Assembly (NCBI RefSeq): GCF_009914755.1 | Contig: NC_060928.1 | Length of the DNA stretch: 64,000 bases | Reading direction: 5' to 3' (one strand) | DNA from: the human T2T-CHM13v2.0 reference genome, Homo sapiens | Part shown: positions 59,107-64,000 of the stretch, piece by piece | Layout: the number at the start of each line of letters is the position of its first letter | How positions within the stretch are numbered: position 1 is the stretch's first letter | Program-made: the position numbers and the translations under genes | Notes under the pieces: generated by a model | What the model saw: only the letters and a program-made list of their open reading frames with translations | What the model was told of the DNA's origin: nothing | The model's database searches: none

Positions 59107-59565
59107 TGTATCAGTCAGGTTTCTTTAAAGAAAAAGAAGTAATAGGATATGCATCCTATTTTAGAGAAAGAGAGAAATTTTTAAGAATTGACTTGCATGA
59201 CTATGGGGACTGGCAAGTCAAAAACCTGTAGGGCAGCTGGCAGGCTAGAAGGTAACAATTGATCTTGAGTCCAAAATCTACAGAATAGACCTGCAGGCTG
59301 AGTACTCACACAGAATTTCTGTTATAATCATAAGGCAGGATTATTTCTTGTCTGGGAAGCCTCAATTTTTGCTCTTAAGGCCTTGCACCAATTGGATAAA
59401 GCCTAGCCACATTAGTGAGAGTAATCTGCTTGACTTAAAGTCAACTGATTATAAATGCTAATTACATCTACAATATACCCTCACAGCAAATTCTAGACTA
59501 AGAGTTTCACCAAACAACTAGGCACAATAGCCCAGTCAAATTGAAACACAAAATTAACCATCACA
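59107..59565 (-). mobile_element. MLT2B-like solo LTR
   Basis: 'tgtatcagtcagg...ttaaagtcaactgattataaatg...aaaattaaccatcaca'. Confidence 0.85.
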
Positions 59566-59645
59566 AATTCTAAAACAACCCAGTCAATATTTGACTTTTC
59601 TTTTAGATTCTTACTCTTGAATTTAAAATATGTTGAAACATATTA

Positions 59646-60041
<396 letters not shown>

Positions 60042-61133
60042 CTAATGTTTATTGGAACCTAACTGAACTAGTTATACCCAGTATTGATACATTATTAATG
60101 ATTTGTTTCAAAATTGTGTGAAGTCACTAAACTAGGGCATGACGTGGACAGGTACCCACTCCTAAAGGGAATTATTTCTTATTTACCTTTCCATGACAGC
60201 ATAAGTAAAGACATGTGCAATTCATCACATTATGCAAAGAAAAGCAATTACATGTACCAATAGTTATGTTAACTTTTTATACAGAAGATAAGTAAATGTT
60301 GCTTCCATTTGGCAGAAGTTATTTACCAGCTTGATAATTTCATGATTCATCTATTTCCCTTCAGAGCTTATTTTGTTATAATATTGGTAGATGTACATTT
60401 CAATCTTTCCTGGAAGGTAGTGTTTCAGATATTTTACTTCTATCTTTTCAATTCTTGCATGATACTTTTCTATTTCAGAAAAAAAAATATGCTGGTGAAA
60501 ATCCAGCCAGAGAACTAAGCAGTAAAAGCAGTAACTGCTTCTCATGTGGCACCTAACAACCCATCACCCTCTTTCCTCAAATGTTATTTATGTAATCTTT
60601 TTATTCATCTCCCTTTTAACAACTCTCTTTCACCTTCTAGTGGAGATAAGACTTAAAATATGAGGACACATTAGATCTTCTTCAGTTTAGTTAAAGTCAA
60701 ACTGAAGATTCAGAAATCTCTGTGAAGATTTTAGATTTTTCACTACTTGGACCATGTCAAAATATGAGAAATTAAGTTGACAGTTTAAAGCCTTTTACAA
60801 TATTTATAATTCCACTAGTTTTTTTGAGTGCTATCTTATTTACTATCATTTATAAAGGTCATTTGAATAGCTCTTTAGAAACTGTTAAAGATTTTAAATA
60901 TGACATCAAATCTCTCACTCCCCATTAGACTTTTCTTTCTAAATAGATTCACTGTGGCTGTTTATAAACATTCAGGTGACTTTCAACACTGAATAAATTT
61001 CATACACAGGCCAGTGCAGCCTAATATCTTGAGGACTTTTCAAAAATGGTAAATGCACAAACTAATCCTTTGAATATCAGAAAATAGGGCCAATAAGTCC
61101 TACTAATTTGCATATGATAAGTTTTTCTAATTA

Positions 61134-61447
61134 CTTTTTAGTTTTTTTCTTTTCAGACAGGATTTCACTCTGTCACCCAGGCTGGCATGTAGAGGCACAA
61201 TCACAGCTCACTGTAACCACAAACTCCTGAGCTCAAACAATTCTCCCACCTCAGCCTCTCAAGTAGCTAGGACTACAGATACATGCCACCACACTCAGTT
61301 TTATTTTTATATATATTTTTTATGTTTGGTAGAGATGAGGATCTCACTATGTTGCCCATACTGATCTTGAATGCCTGGCCTCAAGTAATCCTCATGTCTC
61401 AGCCCCCCAAATTGCTGGGATTATAGGCATAAGCCACCATGCCCCGA
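61134..61447 (-). mobile_element. AluJ
   Basis: Diverged dimer with J-type 'aactcctgagctcaaacaattctcccacctcagcc'. Confidence 0.9.
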
Positions 61448-62354
61448 TTAATTTCTATTCATTTATCTGTTTTTTTGTCAATTTTTTCAGGTCTTTTTTT
61501 CTCAGTTACTTATAATTTTATGAGAAATTGACAAATAACATGATAATACTGTTCTATTTTAACATCATCATTAATATTCTTTTCTGGACCATTGCTCTGT
61601 TAGATTTCCCCCGGGTATGATATCTTTGTAAGTGTTTTTATTATAATCTTAAAAACCATTATAAACAATAAATTCATTCTATATTTGATTTTCTACTTCA
61701 ATGTGCTCTCTTAAATTATATGTAACTGTTTATATTCTGTTTCTTTTTTTCTGTTTGTTTCATTTTCAGAATGTCTATTCCCCTTTCCTTCTATAGCAGC
61801 TTTTCGTTGTTACCTCTTTTTCAAATAGAACTATAATTTCACCTACTCTTATTGTAATATCTTCTTATAATACAGCATCTTTCTAATTTTTTTAGATTTC
61901 CATACTTAATTTTTCCTTGTTAAACCTTAGTTCACTGAACTTTCTCTAACTGAAGTGAAATATCATTTCCCATAGCACTTAAAAGTAATATTCTACTATA
62001 TTGAAACAAAGTAATTTCTGGTGCAAGGCTAATTTTAAAATTTGCAATAAAGATTTCATAATCATAAAAAAGTTTTTTATGTTTATATTTAATATAAACT
62101 TATTAGAGTGGTCTATTTTGGTTGAATTCTATATTTTCTGGTTCATAAGTTCACTCAAAGTGAAATTTAATAATCTATTTGGTATAGTAGATTTAGCTGC
62201 ATTTGTTATCTAAAAATACCTGATACATTATTAAATTATAAAGTATTATAAAGTATTGTAAACAGCTTAAATAGCAGTCCAAATAAAGTATCTTCAGAAG
62301 TTGCTTGTGTTTCACGTGTTATTGTGTCAACTAAATAAGAGACAAGAACCACAT

Positions 62355-62765
62355 GGGTTATTTATTATGCCATTTATGCATTAAGCAATTATTTTTTCAT
62401 TATATGCTGGGCCTTGGTCTCCATTTGGGACCCAAATGGGACACCAGACAAGGCTCCTAATTTCACAATGCAGTGTAGAAAGGCAAAATAATCAATAAAA
62501 CATCAAATATGTGATTTAATGAAAAGAAAGTAGTGTGAAATAATAGAAAGTAACCAGGGGACTTCGGAGAGGAGGTGTTTAGGGAAGGCTTTTAGATGAC
62601 ATGCCATTTGAGCTGAGGTTTTACTAATAAATAGGAAACTGTCTTATAGGAGAGCTTCCCAGGTAGAGAGAAAGCTAGAATTAAAGCTCTATATCCCAAA
62701 AGGCATGGCGTGACAAATTATCAGAAAACAAGCTGTGCAGTAGAAGCATAGAGACTTGAAGGCAG
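62355..62765 (-). mobile_element. L2 remnant
   Basis: 'agggaaggctttt...catttgagctgagg...ttcccaggtagagagaaagc'. Confidence 0.55.
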
Positions 62766-63158
62766 ATGAGGTACCATACATTTGCCCTAGTTTTGTTATC
62801 TGAAGTGATATGTTCTCTCTTTGAAATGGCATTTCTTTTAATAGTTGGTTATAAGAAACATTTCCAGTTAATCAGTATCTTTAGGTACCAGAGTAATAGA
62901 GTAGTGATTGATGAAGGACAGTTGTTTGGTCCTAAGAGCAATTTAAAGTCTTGCCTACCTTGTGAGAGTCTCTGGATTCTGCCTTGCAAGCAAGAAGAAT
63001 ATGTGAGTGGCTGCAAGGGTCAGAAGAGAGGAAAAACTCTCAGATTTGAAAAAGGAGGACATTTTCATAGGATGTAAGTTAAGCCATATGAATGAATCTA
63101 ACATCATAGTAGGACCTGTACAATGCAGCAGATGCAGCAGACACCAATACCCAATACG

Positions 63159-63211
63159 CTTGTCATGCACAACACTCTTGTCATGCACAACACCCTTGTC
63201 ATGCACAAGAC
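63159..63211 (+). repeat. 18-bp tandem repeat x3 (cttgtcatgcacaacact)
   Basis: Units start at 63159, 63177 and 63195. Confidence 0.95.
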
Positions 63212-63665
63212 AATCTATATCTGAGAAGTGGCCAGCAGAATACACTCAGGAAAATCCACCTCCTACATTACTAAATGTTGCTTTAATACGTGAACTTATG
63301 CTTGAAAACTGAAATCCCCTTGGGAGAAAGAAATGAGGGGAAAAAAAAGATTCCTGAACTAGATAAGTATTCGCCTGGGTAAGTATTCAATTGGGAATTG
63401 ATTTGCCTTAAGTCAGCAAGACATGTTCCAATCATAAGTTGATACTGGGGGAAGTAGAACTAAGCTAAGTTAAATTGTAGGAAGCTAAGGTTGCATACTT
63501 ATACATCCAAAATTATAGCTATTAAAACATTTAACTTTTTCTCTTGCCTATGGGCAGGACCAATGACTTCAACTAACAGAATAAGACACAGTTGATGGGA
63601 TGTCATTCTTGTAATAGATTATGTTATATGTCAAAGAATTTCACTCTCATGATTGTTTTTAATAG

Positions 63666-63981
<316 letters not shown>

Positions 63982-64000
63982 TCAATAGGTAACTTTATAT

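Noticed and set aside
60679-60708. 10-bp hairpin tcttcagttt/aaactgaaga (and an 8-bp one near 8354)
   Set aside because: Isolated short stems are expected by chance in 64 kb of AT-rich DNA.
63159-63211. CRISPR-like array
   Set aside because: Tandem 18-mers without unique spacers, in mammalian DNA.

Overview
AT-rich primate non-coding DNA, almost certainly human given a full AluYa5, and consistent with an intron or gene desert. I recognise no protein-coding gene, rRNA, tRNA or CRISPR array. Most long ORFs in the track are L1 ORF2 remnants, a THE1-internal remnant, or Alu/microsatellite read-throughs. Main structures: (1) a decayed LTR16C-flanked ERVL provirus (8.7-14.7 kb) containing a full THE1 element and an AluY; (2) a 12.4-kb block of four nested L1s (21.1-33.5 kb), one with a twin-priming inversion; (3) MLT1, MLT2, THE1 and MER52-like LTRs, Tigger3b, MER58A, MADE1, MIR/L2/L3 and 12 Alu/FAM copies. 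I did not find a convincing new biological system. The most unusual signals are rearrangement scars: shared non-consensus variants between two inverted L1 copies, a ~300-bp palindrome at an L1 junction, several locally templated duplications and a fold-back at a deletion breakpoint. Repeat subfamily names come from remembered consensus sequences and need RepeatMasker/Dfam confirmation. Boundaries of old repeats are approximate.
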